This document shows positions 49,101-60,790 of a stretch of DNA of 64,000 nucleotides, one piece after another. The translations under genes were made by a program, and so were the position numbers. The notes below the pieces were generated by a model. The model did no database searches, was not told where the DNA came from, and saw only the letters and a program-made list of their open reading frames with translations. How positions within the stretch are numbered: position 1 is the first letter of the stretch; each line of letters opens with the position of its first letter. The DNA lies in NCBI GenBank assembly GCA_048013815.1, contig CM106585.1, forward strand, positions 4,588,001 to 4,652,000, in the 5' to 3' direction. The DNA comes from Setoptus koraiensis. Its lineage: Eukaryota; Animalia; Arthropoda.

Positions 49101-49631
49101 ATCCGGCGGCGGCGCCGCCGTCGCGCAAATCTATACTCGACAATCGGACGCTCGGCAGTCGGACGCTCGGCAGTCGGACGCTCGCCGGCCCGCAAGCCGC
49201 ATCCCGCGCAACGGCCAATACACACACAGTATGCAAAAGAGCTGTTGTTATAGTTGTACTATTTGCACACAATTTGTTACACAATAGTGTTGCGCAATTT
49301 GTGAATGAACGACAACAGGTGAATGAACAGCGCTTAGCGCTGCTAACTTAACAGTAGACTAACAGGTTGTGCCGGCGGCCGGCCAATTAGGCGATCGCAA
49401 TTCACAATTGGCGCAGCGTCCATTATTGTTATTATTATCATTATTTCATTCATAATTTACTTAATGGCGCTTGGCGCGGCCCAAAGCGCAGGCCGCCGCC
49501 TCACCTGTTGCATCATGCAACTTGCATGTTGCCGAACTTGTTACAACTTGCTCGTCGGAACACTTTGCGCGAACAGTGCTCACCTGTTGGCACATGGACG
49601 GTGCACCGACTGTGCCACTGGCTCCGGACTG

Positions 49632-49668
49632 TCGAGTCAATAGTATTGAGTCAATACTATTGACTCGA
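49632..49668. repeat. Perfect 18-bp inverted repeat with 1-nt spacer
   Basis: TCGAGTCAATAGTATTGA g TCAATACTATTGACTCGA. Confidence 0.95.
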
Positions 49669-50327
49669 TACTATTGACTAATGTGCTCACTTAATGCAGT
49701 AATGCGCTGTTCAATTTATTGTTGAGCAGCAGCGTCGGTCGCGCTGATTTGATTGGATTTAACCACTTCCGAAATGCGCACTGTTCCGCTGTCTAGTTGC
49801 CGTGACAACCCGATTGGGCCGGTATGCCCGGCCTGCCCGACATGCCCGACGAACGCGACCGGCAATTGACAGTTGCATCGGCTGCGCCAACTGATGGTGC
49901 GGCACAATTTGTGCCCAATTGAGCACAATCAGCAATTATTACGTAACATTATAGCTAAACGATTTTATAATTGGCGACTGGGCCAGATGAACGCGGCCAC
50001 TGAAACTGTGTTGCACAATGAAACATTATGGTTGATGAATTAATTTGAATCGGTGCGCAACATTCATTTAAAGTGCCATTGACAATCGTGAGAGGTCGCA
50101 TGTGCCGATCGGCGGTCTTGCCAGCCAGACAGTGCGCGATTTACAGACGTTTCCACAAGAAACTCTCGGGTGCCGTCTATAAATAGGTATCAATGGTCGG
50201 GGTAGGCGCAAGCGGGCGCAAATAGGCACAAATTTGGTTATTTGTTTGCGGCCGATCGAGCGCTAGCAGCGTCCGCTCGACTCTAGCGGCCTGAGTGGTG
50301 GCTGTTGCGCAACTGCTGCAGACAGGT

Positions 50328-50412
50328 GATGCATGGTTACGCAAGATGCATGGTTACGCAAGATGCATGGTTACGCAAGATGCATGGTTACGCAAGATGC
50401 ATGGTTAGGCAA
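50328..50412. repeat. Tandem 17-mer (GATGCATGGTTACGCAA) x 5
   Basis: Units start at 50328, 50345, 50362, 50379 and 50396. Confidence 0.95.
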
Positions 50413-53400
50413 GCCAGTGACAGCGTCGCTGTACCCACCCACAGGTAAATTGGTTGTTTGTTTGTTGGTGCGTGGGCACAACAACAAACAACGACAGCGC
50501 AACTAGCGAGCACAACAAGCGCAGTCAGCAGCACAGTGGCCGCTCGTCAGTGCTAATGACCACTGACCACAATACGAGTTGCGTAATAATGCTCATTAAT
50601 CATTGCTCATTCAATGACTGTTAACTGCGCACAACTGCGAGCGTCACACTAACTCAATTCAATTCAATTTGCATCAGGCATCGAGCATCGGCCATTAAGA
50701 AACTTGTTACCTGATACCTGTTACACGATAGCCGCTAATGGCCGGCCATTCACTACAACGCGACCATGATTGAATTACACACACACAGCATCGGCCTTGC
50801 CAAGTGGAGCTAAGCGGGCGCAATTACGCTCGTTGGCAAGACTTTTCCATCAGCTGGCTTCGTTTGGCTTGTTTTTGGGCCGGCTTAGCCAGAGTGGCAA
50901 TTGCAGTCTCGCCATATCATGTGTATATTATACGTATATTGCATGGCAGCTCGAACAATATATGGCGGCAGCAATATTGTAATATGTAATATATAGCAGC
51001 TATATAGATATGTTAATAGTGTAACAAGTGAACAGGTTGCGCTAAGCGGAAACTAATTATTTACGTAATAAGAGCTCGCTCTTTCATATTTCATTGTTAG
51101 CGCATGCTGGCTGGCACAGTTTTCAGCCGGGTATCAGCCGGGTATCAGCCGGGTATCAGCGCACACGGCAAACTTTTGTGCGAGCGACTTTTGTTCGTTG
51201 CAAAGCTCAATTACATTACCATCATCAACTCATTCAATTTTTGGATATTAATTTAAATTTGACTCTCGGCTCTCGAACTCAATTCTGAGAGAATTCAAAT
51301 TCTTGCTCCTTTTATCTTTTTATCCTTTTTCAATTCAATTTCCACTTTGATTCGACTCTCATTTCCACCGATTCAGTCTGACTCTGATTCGGCGGCTCTC
51401 GGTGTGGCTGCAATTTTCGCAAGTTTGACTTTTGAGCCCAACAAGTGAGCCGCAATTGCCAGTGCTCTCATTCAGCCACTTGTGCGCCCTCATGCGGCCA
51501 CAAGTGGCTGTCAGAGTGCTCACAATTGCCAGCTAACCACAGCTTATGTAACCAGTGCTGTTGTAACTGGCCAGACTGTTTCATTGTGCCCATTCACTCA
51601 TTACACTCACAACATTACATAACACACACACTCAAATGAGCGACTCACAATATTACATAATAATAATAATAATAATATAATGATCGGTACTTTGTGAGTC
51701 AGCTGTGCTGTGCCGGGCAACAGGTGAACAGGTGGCAGCAACTCTTTGTGTGTTGTTACACTTTACTTAGGCCGCCCTATATATAATCTAATTCAAAATG
51801 GCTGTCTGGCTGCCTATAGTGAGTGTGTCCTATAATGGCATCAAAAGAACTGGTTCTTTTCGTGTTCTTTTTGAGTGCTCTCACTTGAGTCGTTCGTCTC
51901 GATTTGTCCGTTTGTCTGTTTATTTGTTTGTTTGTTTGTGTTGTGTTGTGTTGTGTTGTGTTGTACGTCAACTGGCAGTCAATCGTTTTCAATCGAATCA
52001 AATGTGAGCGCACAAAGAGCCGAGATGGATAATTGAAAAATGATCGCAACCATTGATTGCGTAAGCACACACACACTCAATGGTTGCGGTCGTCGTCGTA
52101 TAATTTTCTCGACATTCCATTGGCTGCCTCAATCGAACAGAATTGAATAGAATCGAGCAGCGTCGAACAGCGTCGAGCAGCGTCGAACAGCGTCGAACAG
52201 CGCCGAGCAGCATCGAACAGCAGCAAATGGAATCGGCAAGCTGGGCGAGCTCGAGCCGAGAATGGCGATGATTGCGCAATTGAGTGAGCTCCAATTGCTG
52301 CGCAGCAACAAGTTGCAATTGTTTACGAGTTACTTATGACTTGTTTATGTTGCTCTGTTGTTTGTGTTTATCGTTTGTGTGATCGGTCGGTCGTTCACTC
52401 ATGCCCGCAACAACCGCAGCAACCGCGGCAACAACAGCGACCACAGCGCCAACAACGGCAACAACAACGACAGCAACAACAACAACGGCAACAACAACAG
52501 CGACCAGGCGAAAAGTCACTAGTTAAAGTCACTAAATCAACTGGCTAACTCACTCACCTGGCCACTGACCAATCAAGCGAGAGATGGATTGATGTGGCCA
52601 CTAATCACCGAGTTTCGCACAATGTGCGCTGTACACATATAGGCTCAGCTAATCAATTTACCAAGCGCCACTAAACAAGCGCCAACAAGCGCCGTTGTGG
52701 CCATGCCAAGCGCCGTTGTCTATTCGCCAAATTATAATTAGTTTCTTTTTGTTATCTCGCTCGCTTAACCAACCGGCCATCATCGGCGTCATTAGCTGCC
52801 TGTTAGCTGCCGCTCTGACCGCTGCTTTCTTTTTTCGCCACCACAGCCACCGCAACCACAACAACCACAACAGCCGCAACAACCACAACAGCCACAACAA
52901 CCACAACAACCACCGCAACCACGCTATCTATAGTGTGGCAGTTAATTAAAACACACAAACGCACTCACAGGCTGCGAATCACAGGTAATCTCTCGGGCGA
53001 CACGCTCAGCAGCCGCCCGAGCGAGACAATATAGGGCACGTTGGCAGATGTTGCTGTCGGGCAACCTTCGCCAACAACAACAGCGACAACGACGGCAACA
53101 ACAGCAACAACGACAACAGCGACAACAACGTACCGTTGTCTTCGCAAACAGTCGCAAGCGGTTATAGGCCGCCACTCACCTGTCGCTCGCTGTTGCTCTT
53201 GCTGTTGCCCGAGTGCGCAAAGTTGCGTGCACAGGTAACTCGCCGCTTGTTGCTGTTGTCGTTGCTATTGTCGTTGTTGTTGTTGCTGCTGCTGTCGTTG
53301 CTGCTGTTGTCGATGCTGCTGTTGTCGTTGTTGCTGCCGCTGTTGTTGTTGCAATAATTGCATCACCGTCGCTGCTCTGGTCATCGCACACTCAGCTGGC

Positions 53401-53529
53401 CTCATTCGCCACTGTTCTTGTTGCTATTGCGCAATTTCAGGTAGCCGCCGCCGTCTAGACAGTGTATAATCAAGTGTGATCACGCTCATTTAACAAGCGC
53501 ACTATTTTCTCGCTAGCGCAATTGTTGTT

Positions 53530-53530
<1 letters not shown>

Positions 53531-53580
<50 letters not shown>
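53531..53580. repeat. (CA)25 microsatellite
   Basis: Read directly from sequence. Confidence 0.97.
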
Positions 53581-53581
<1 letters not shown>

Positions 53582-54124
53582 CAAGCCAGTTGGCAAGTTG
53601 CGCAACGCTGTTGCCGACAATGCGCTTGCCGGCGAACGGTTCCAATTGGTTCGAATTGAATTCACCTGCGCAAATTCAATTGTGCCTCAACGTGACACCA
53701 ATACAATCCAAAGAATGTGGCGAGACACAAAGCCAGCTTGTCCGTCTGCGCCCGTCGTTGGGCGTTCGACGTTCGGTCGGCGTTCGTTCGGCCGGTCTTG
53801 TCGGAAGTGCGCGTCTCGGCAGGCAAAGAATTTGCCCGAATTATTCGCCAGCGAGCACAATTGATTCGCCAGCGAGCACAATTGAATTTGCAATTGACTT
53901 GTTGGCCTGCCAAAGTGTGTGCTGTTATCAATATTCGTCGATATTCGTCGATATTCGGCAATATTAATTTTAAATGTTGCCCAACAATGTCAGACAATCT
54001 GACACGATCGCTACTATCCATTGTATTCATTAGTGCACTCATATTGCATTCATGAGTATGCATTTTACATTCGTCAGTATACATTTTATATTCATCAGTT
54101 TACCTGTTGCATTCATCAATTTAT

Positions 54125-54188
54125 ATATTACGTATACTATATTAGTATTCATGGATATTCATGAATACTAATATAATATACGTAATAT
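54125..54188. repeat. 29-bp inverted repeat (1 mismatch, 6-nt loop); pre-miRNA-sized hairpin
   Basis: ATATTACGTATACTATATTAGTATTCATG gatatt CATGAATACTAATATAATATACGTAATAT. Confidence 0.92.
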
Positions 54189-55640
54189 TATCGCGCGACA
54201 TGGCGCACATTTGTTTCTCGCGCCGTATCCATGCATGAATACATCACGGCGGACGTATCCGTTCATGAATATATCGCAATATATCGGATACAGTGCGCAT
54301 TCGGCGCGCCATATTCATGAATTGGCGACCGCAAATTTGTGAATGGCGCTGACCGGAAAGGCGCCTATATGCGCTCGCGTACAGTGATTTGATAAGTATC
54401 ATTGAGCGGATCATTGAATCATCGCCGAGCTCGACGGCGACGGATCTCGGTCGGTGTTGATTGCTGATACGGCTGGCAGCGCAAATCAATCAAATGCGTC
54501 TACGAGTGTCGCAGTGGCTCGTTTTCCATGTCGCTCGCGAGCCGAATCACGCCGAATCACGCCAAATCACGCCAAATCACGCCGGCCCGTCGGAGCTGGA
54601 TTTTTGGAGATTTTTGGATTTACTATTGCCAGCGAATAGCGAGCGAACAGCGATCGCTCCGAGCGGCCGTGGCCTACGAATCACAAGGCGACCACCGAGC
54701 TGATGGTGGCCACTAATTAGCTGATTTTGCAGCAGCAGCGGCAACGGGCCAAAATGTTTCCGGTGCCATACGTGTGTGTCCGCGATACTCTTGCGGTTTT
54801 CGGTTTGCAGTTTGCAGTTTGCGGTTTGCAGTTTGCGGCTTGCGAGAGTGGTCAGTGGCCGAAAAATGTTTCGCGATCGCCATCGATCGGCGGCCACGCC
54901 GATCGTAAACATGAACATGAACATAAACATGGGCACAAATATGGCAGACGACGAGCCACGAAAGTGATTTAATTAGCAAAACAAACAACAGCAACAATCG
55001 AGCGTGGTCGTGATGGCTGATTGGCGATTGTGACGGTGCCATCGAGCGCCACCAGCGGGCGAACCGGCCGCGCCGCGCCGCTTAATGACGGCCACTCAGG
55101 AATTCAATTACCTGAGCTCGCGGAGGCAGCTAAAAGCAGCAGATCCATTAAGATAGATTATCTTGATTGGCCATTGAACGATTGGCAGCTCGATTGGTCG
55201 CTGTTGGCCGGCGCTGCAGGACAACGGTGGCCAATTACACACACATTTGTGCATTTGCTTCGTTTGCGCTGCCCAGCGGCCACCCGACGGCGCCCGTTGC
55301 CGCTCGCACCGTCATGCGTGTACCGTGCTGCCCTTCCGCGGCCCGAGCGTCGGGAGCGTCGGGCATGTCGGGATCGCGGGCAATACGCGATACAGAAGAG
55401 AAAAGAACAGCAACGATGCAAATGGCTCACGCTGATACGTGATCTTGTTCTCGGGCCGCGAACAGACAGTTTGTTGTGTTCGCTCGTGTCGTATGCTGGC
55501 CACAACATGAATGGGTCAGTTTGGGCCGTAAATTGCCGCCTCTTGTCAAGTGCAAACAACTCGAAAAACCAATCAGCGGGCCAATTCATCATTGGCCACT
55601 TCACGTCGCGTCCGCCAGCCACTGCCGTGCACGTGCTGCC

Positions 55641-55710
55641 GGCTCAGGCGCGCTCAGTTGAGCTCAGGTGAGCTCAGGTGAGCACAGGTGATCTCAGGTG
55701 AGCTCAGGTA
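55641..55710. repeat. Tandem 10-mer (AGCTCAGGTG) x 7 containing four CAGGTG
   Basis: CAGGTG at 55665, 55675, 55685 and 55695; CAGGTAG at 55705. Confidence 0.92.
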
Positions 55711-57801
55711 GCCGTTTCTTGCTCGCTGTTCGCTTGTTCTGCGCGTTGTTCTTCGGGTTGTTCCTCGGCTGTTGGCTAGCCACAGGTGGCGGACACACGA
55801 GCGCGTTCGCTGGCCTGCGATTCGGGCGTAATTGAGCCGGCAAGCTCGGGCTGCCTCGAATCGGCCTCGAATCAGCTGCGAATCGGCCTCGAATCGGCTT
55901 CGAAACGGCTTCGAAACGGCTTCCAATCGGCTTCCAATTGGCGCAGCTGGACCCCGCGAACGGTGAATATCGCCAGTGGCCTTCGCCGCGAACGGTTCGC
56001 GGCCAGTGGCGATGTTCGACGGCCGCTCCGAAGCCGCTGCCGGCCCGACGAGCCATACAACACACACTCGTGCGCACGAGATCGCTGGCGCCACTAATTC
56101 GGCGACCCGCTCGACACGACGCGACACGACGCGCCGCTGACCGTGCGCCCGAGACGCCAATGACGCCAACTATGCGCCCGGTAGCCGGTGAGCGGCCGGC
56201 CGCCGTCGGTTCGCACTGGGGCGCGTCTAATTACGCTGGCGCCCAATTCGAACACACGAACCACTCTGCCCGAATCACCTGTGCGCAGCGCCCTCATGTT
56301 TGCATCACATCGCGTCGCACCGCGTTGCACCGTGTTGCACCGCGTTGCATCGCGGTATATCGCATCATATCGCGTTATATTGCATATTACATATACGCCG
56401 AATTCGGGGCCGACTGGCCGGGCACGCAACAGCGATATCGGCTCTCTCGCACCAATTCGAAGCCAGCCATCACATGATGGCGATCAGGTGACGAGCTACA
56501 CGGTGCATGCACCAAATATGTACAATTCAGCCGCGAAAAGAGCTGTCGAAATGCGCTCTGTTTATGTCAGGGGCGATGACACGCCACTCACCTGTATATC
56601 GAGCGGTCGCCGTCGTTGTTGCCGTTGGTGCAGTTGTTGTTGCTGTTGTTGTTGTTGCCGTTGTTGTTGTTGTCGTCGTCGTCGCTGTTGTAACAAGTTA
56701 ACAACTTAATTACAATCGGCTCACATCATCCCACAATAATCACTCTTTGAGCGGCGCCGACACACGCGGAATCCGTTTTAATTGGCGGCCGAGGGCACTT
56801 GTCGCCGCCCGAGGTCGCCGCGCCGGCACTTGTGCGGACCGGCACCAACTTGCGCCGATCGGCAGCTCGGTCTCGCAACGGCCCGGTCCGTCTCGACGGT
56901 GCGATTGTCGGTGGGTCGAGCGGTCGGCTAGTCGGACCGGCTGCCCGACCGGCGACTGTGCGGGCCGGGCAGAGAGAGAAAACTCTCAGTTTCTGGGGCT
57001 GGCCCTTTGATTGGACGCGCCACCTTTGTGGCGTCTCGCGCAATCGTAAGTGCGCGCATCATCTGCCAATCACCTGTCAGGGGTGCCACTGAACAACTGA
57101 ACAACTGACCGACTGACCGGCTACGCCAACAATAATTCAATTAATGCTGCCGTTCGCGTGCGCCCGGCCCGGTCCGGCCCGGTTGTTTCAATCGGCGCCG
57201 CCTCGCGCACACAACCAAAAGCTCGCATCATCAAATTATGACGAGACGAGAGTGTGACGAGAAAACTCTGGCGTTCGTTTCTTGTGAATATCGCATGCAA
57301 CGCCGACGGATGCCAATCATATCATTTAACGCAAGTTTGCATCACTTGTGGCGCCCGGTTTATCGCGGCCCGATATCAGCGACAACGCCCCACCAGACGC
57401 GCGCATTCCCGCTTCCCGTGTGCGGCGGACAGTGGAGCGCGCAGTCAGCTGACCGGTCGCCATCGCCAGTATCACAATTCGCGAGTCTCACAATTGGAGA
57501 GTCTCGATTCGGCACGATCGGCTGTCATGATCAGCTGACGCGATCGGCTGTCACAATCAGCTGACGCAATCGGCTGTCACAATCAGCTGATCGTCCCGGT
57601 GACAGTTGCGATCAGCTGAGCGTCTCGGTGACAGTTACGCGAGCGAGCGAGCGAGCGCAAAAACAAAAAGAGCAAGAGCGACATTGCGACACTATTCCGT
57701 TACGTCATCCGAATCCGTCACGTCATTCAAATCCGTTGCGTCATTCTAATCTGTTACGTCATTCTAATTTGTTAAATCTGCATCTATTGTCCACTCGTCA
57801 G

Positions 57802-60364
57802 GGAGGAGCTGGCCTCGAAAATTGAACTCACCGAGGCGCGCGTACAGGTTTGGTTTCAGAACAGGCGCGCCAAGCACAGGAAACAGGACAAAACGTGCGG
57901 CCCGTCGCCGCCGCCCGACGGCGCCACTCCGCACAACCAGTCGCTCAGTGTCAGCAGTTTGATTGGGGCCGGGTCCGCGGCGGGCGCCCTGAGTCTGGCC
58001 GGCTTCGAACGTCACCACCCGCACCACGGGTCGCACCACTCGTCGTCGGCGGCGGCGGCACAGCACCACCAGCAACAGCAACAAGCGCAACAGCAGCAGC
58101 AGCATCACCAAAACGCCTATTTAACTCATCACAACAACCATTCCATAAATCACCTCAATCATCATCACAACTTGCATCATCACCAGCAGCAGCATCAGCT
58201 GGCCTCTCACAGTGGCGCCAACTCGGCCTCGTCGTCGGTGTCGTCGATTGCGTCATCGTCGTCAAACACAATCAACAACAGCAACAGCAACAACAACAAC
58301 AACAATTTGACACCGTCAACAGCGGCGGCGCACCAACAACAACAACAACAACAACAGGACCATCAGCAACAACAATTGGCCGCTAGGCACCAGTTCGACG
58401 TTATGCAAAACATGTACGCCGCCTCGCACCAAATTGCGCCCCTGTTTGCGCTGCGCCTCAGCCAGCAGCACCAGGCCGCGGTGGCGGCGGCCGCCGCAGC
58501 CGCTGCCGCGTCCGGCGCGCCCCCGACGCACCCCCTTCTGGCGGGCGGGGGCGCCATGAGCGGACACGCGGCCGTCAATCCGTTGTTGGCGGCCTTTGCG
58601 GCAACTCGCCAGCAGCAGCAACAACAACAGCAGCAGCAGCAACTGCAGCACCCGCAGCACGACAATGGCGACTACGGCACGCCCAACCAACCGCCGGGAC
58701 AAGTGCCGCACCACGGGCAGCACCCGGGCTCGTCGTCGCCGCTGTCCGTGTCGTCCGCGTCGTCGCTCACCTCAAATCAGACTCAAAACAGTGATAACAA
58801 CAACAACAACAACAACAACAATAGCCACCAGCACCACCGCGCCCACCACCACGCCCACCATCACCACAACAAACAACGATCTCAGCGGTCCAAGAACAAC
58901 CCGTCGCCCACTAACGATCCGCAACAGCAGCAGCAGCCGCGCGCTGCCAGCGCCTCGAGCCGCCAACAGCAGGCCGCCACTGAGCAGTTTGTGGCCGCCC
59001 AGGCGGTCGCCCGCCAGGCGTACGCGGCCGCGCTCAGCGCCCACCAGAGTGCCGCCGCCGCTGCCGCTGCCACGCACCTGCCCGGCGGCTACCCGGGCCT
59101 GCCGACGGGCAACATGGGCCAGGCAGGCCTGCCGCCCCATTTGGCGGCGCAACACGCCGCCAACAGCCTACTGAGCAACCCGAATGCCCCTGGGCACCTC
59201 CACTCGCACCATCACGGGCACCAGTGGGCGCCAAACCCGTTCCTGTGGCATCATCATCATCACCAACAGCAGCAGCAGCAGCATACCCTGAACCATCAGC
59301 AACAGCCGCTCATACCGCCGGGCGGCCCGCTGGCGTGCGCCGACCCGACGCCCGGCGGTCAGCAGCAGCAGCAAAGTTTGAGCGAGCAAACATTGCGCAA
59401 TCTGGCAAACGCTTGCCCTCGTCTATTCAGCTCGCACCAGGGCCCGGCGGGCGCACAGCCGCTCAATAGCGGCGCCAGCGGCCCGACGAATCTTGAGGAA
59501 AAAGCGTCGGGCGTTCGGTCGCCTGGCGGTCGGCACCAGCAACACAATAAATCACAGCTAAATGTGGACAGGCGCGACAGGTCTGGGTCGGCGTCGCCCG
59601 CCTCATCAGACGATTGCGACGGCTCGTCGACGCCGTCAGCGGACCAGCGCCGTCGTCACAAATACCACAACAACAACAGCAGCAACAATTTGACAGATCC
59701 CGCAACGAACGTCAACAGCAACAACAACAACAACACAGAATCGTATCAGGACAAGCTACACTCGCTGCTGGCCAGTCTGTCAGCGGCGGGCTCCTTCAAT
59801 CAGCAACAGCAACAACAACTCGGCAACAACAACAGCAAACACGAACAACATTTGGCGGTTGCGTCAGCTTTCGCCGATCAGGCCAAACTGTTTGAGGCGG
59901 ACAGGTCAGCGGTCAAGTTGTCCAGTTGCGACAAACAAAGTTGCCACGATGACGACGACGACGACGACGACGACAACCGAAGTGATACGAGCAGCCGCTC
60001 GGGTGACAGCAGCATCACCAGCGTGGCCGACAAGAGCGACCTCGAAGAAGCGGAAGAGGCGGAAGAGGCCGACGAAGAGGAGCCGCGAGAAAGGAAAAAG
60101 AAGAGGAGAAAAACAACGAAAACAGTTGCGCAACCGGCCCTCGCAATCAACCAACAATCGCTGTCGTCGTCGTCGTCGTCCAGCTCACCGCAAGCCGACA
60201 CAATCAATCATGAGCAAAAGCAACAAAACAAACAGCCGAAAAGCTCTCCCACAACGACGCCCCCCGCGTCTGCCCCCGAATCGGCCCCACTTCCGGCCTT
60301 GGCCAGTTTGAGCGAAAATGTAGATAATTTCAAGATAAACAATCTCATCAACGTGCATACATAA
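57802..60364 (+). CDS. al: Aristaless/Arx-like homeobox gene, final coding exon (helices 2-3 plus long Q/H/A/N/S-rich C-terminus)
   Basis: Acceptor ccactcgtcAG|g gives [29 protein letters not shown], continuous with ORF 57959-60364. Joined CDS 44966-45162 + 57802-60364 = 2760 nt = 919 aa. From memory, the homeodomain is about 80% identical to Drosophila Aristaless; orthology (al versus a paralog such as Pph13) is not proven. Confidence 0.9.
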
Positions 60365-60389
60365 CTACTACTTGACTATAGCACCCATT

Positions 60390-60395
60390 AATAAA
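60390..60395 (+). promoter_or_regulatory. Candidate polyadenylation signal AATAAA
   Basis: Begins 26 nt after the homeobox stop codon. Confidence 0.4.
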
Positions 60396-60444
60396 GATCC
60401 ATCGTGTACCATACATCGCCCATACATCGCCCAGTGTCAAGTTC

Positions 60445-60790
60445 GGTAATTGGTTCGGTGATTGGTTCGCTAATTATTTCTTGGTTCGGTTCGCTGATTG
60501 GTTCGGTGTTCGGTTCGCTAATTGGTTCGGTGTTCGGTTCGCCACTTAGTTGGTGCCCCAATCAGTATCGGTGTTGGTTGGAATTGTCGCCAGTTGCTCG
60601 CGCATTCTTGGCTCGTGTGCACCTCGCCGAAGAGCCTTCGGTTCGTGGCCACTTGACTTTCGAAGTCGCGAACTGCCGCCAAAGCTGCGCTCGATTCGCT
60701 CGATTCCCTAGATTCGCTAGATCCGCTAGATTCGCTCGATTCGCTAGGTTCGCTCGATCCGTTCGATTCGCTAGATTCGCTAGATTCGCT
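60445..60790. repeat. Two degenerate 9-mer arrays (TTGGTTCGG-type and ATTCGCT[A/C]G-type)
   Basis: About 60445-60545 and 60690-60790. Confidence 0.8.

Larger units (their letters stand above)
45163..57801 (+). other. 12,639-bp GT-AG intron splitting the homeodomain
   Basis: Joining 45162 to 57802 restores a full 60-aa homeodomain in frame. Confidence 0.88.

Noticed and set aside
58316-60311. Multiple overlapping antisense and alternate-frame ORFs over the homeobox final exon
   Set aside because: Shadows of a GC-rich, CAG/CAC/GCC-repeat coding exon; the same applies to those over otopetrin.
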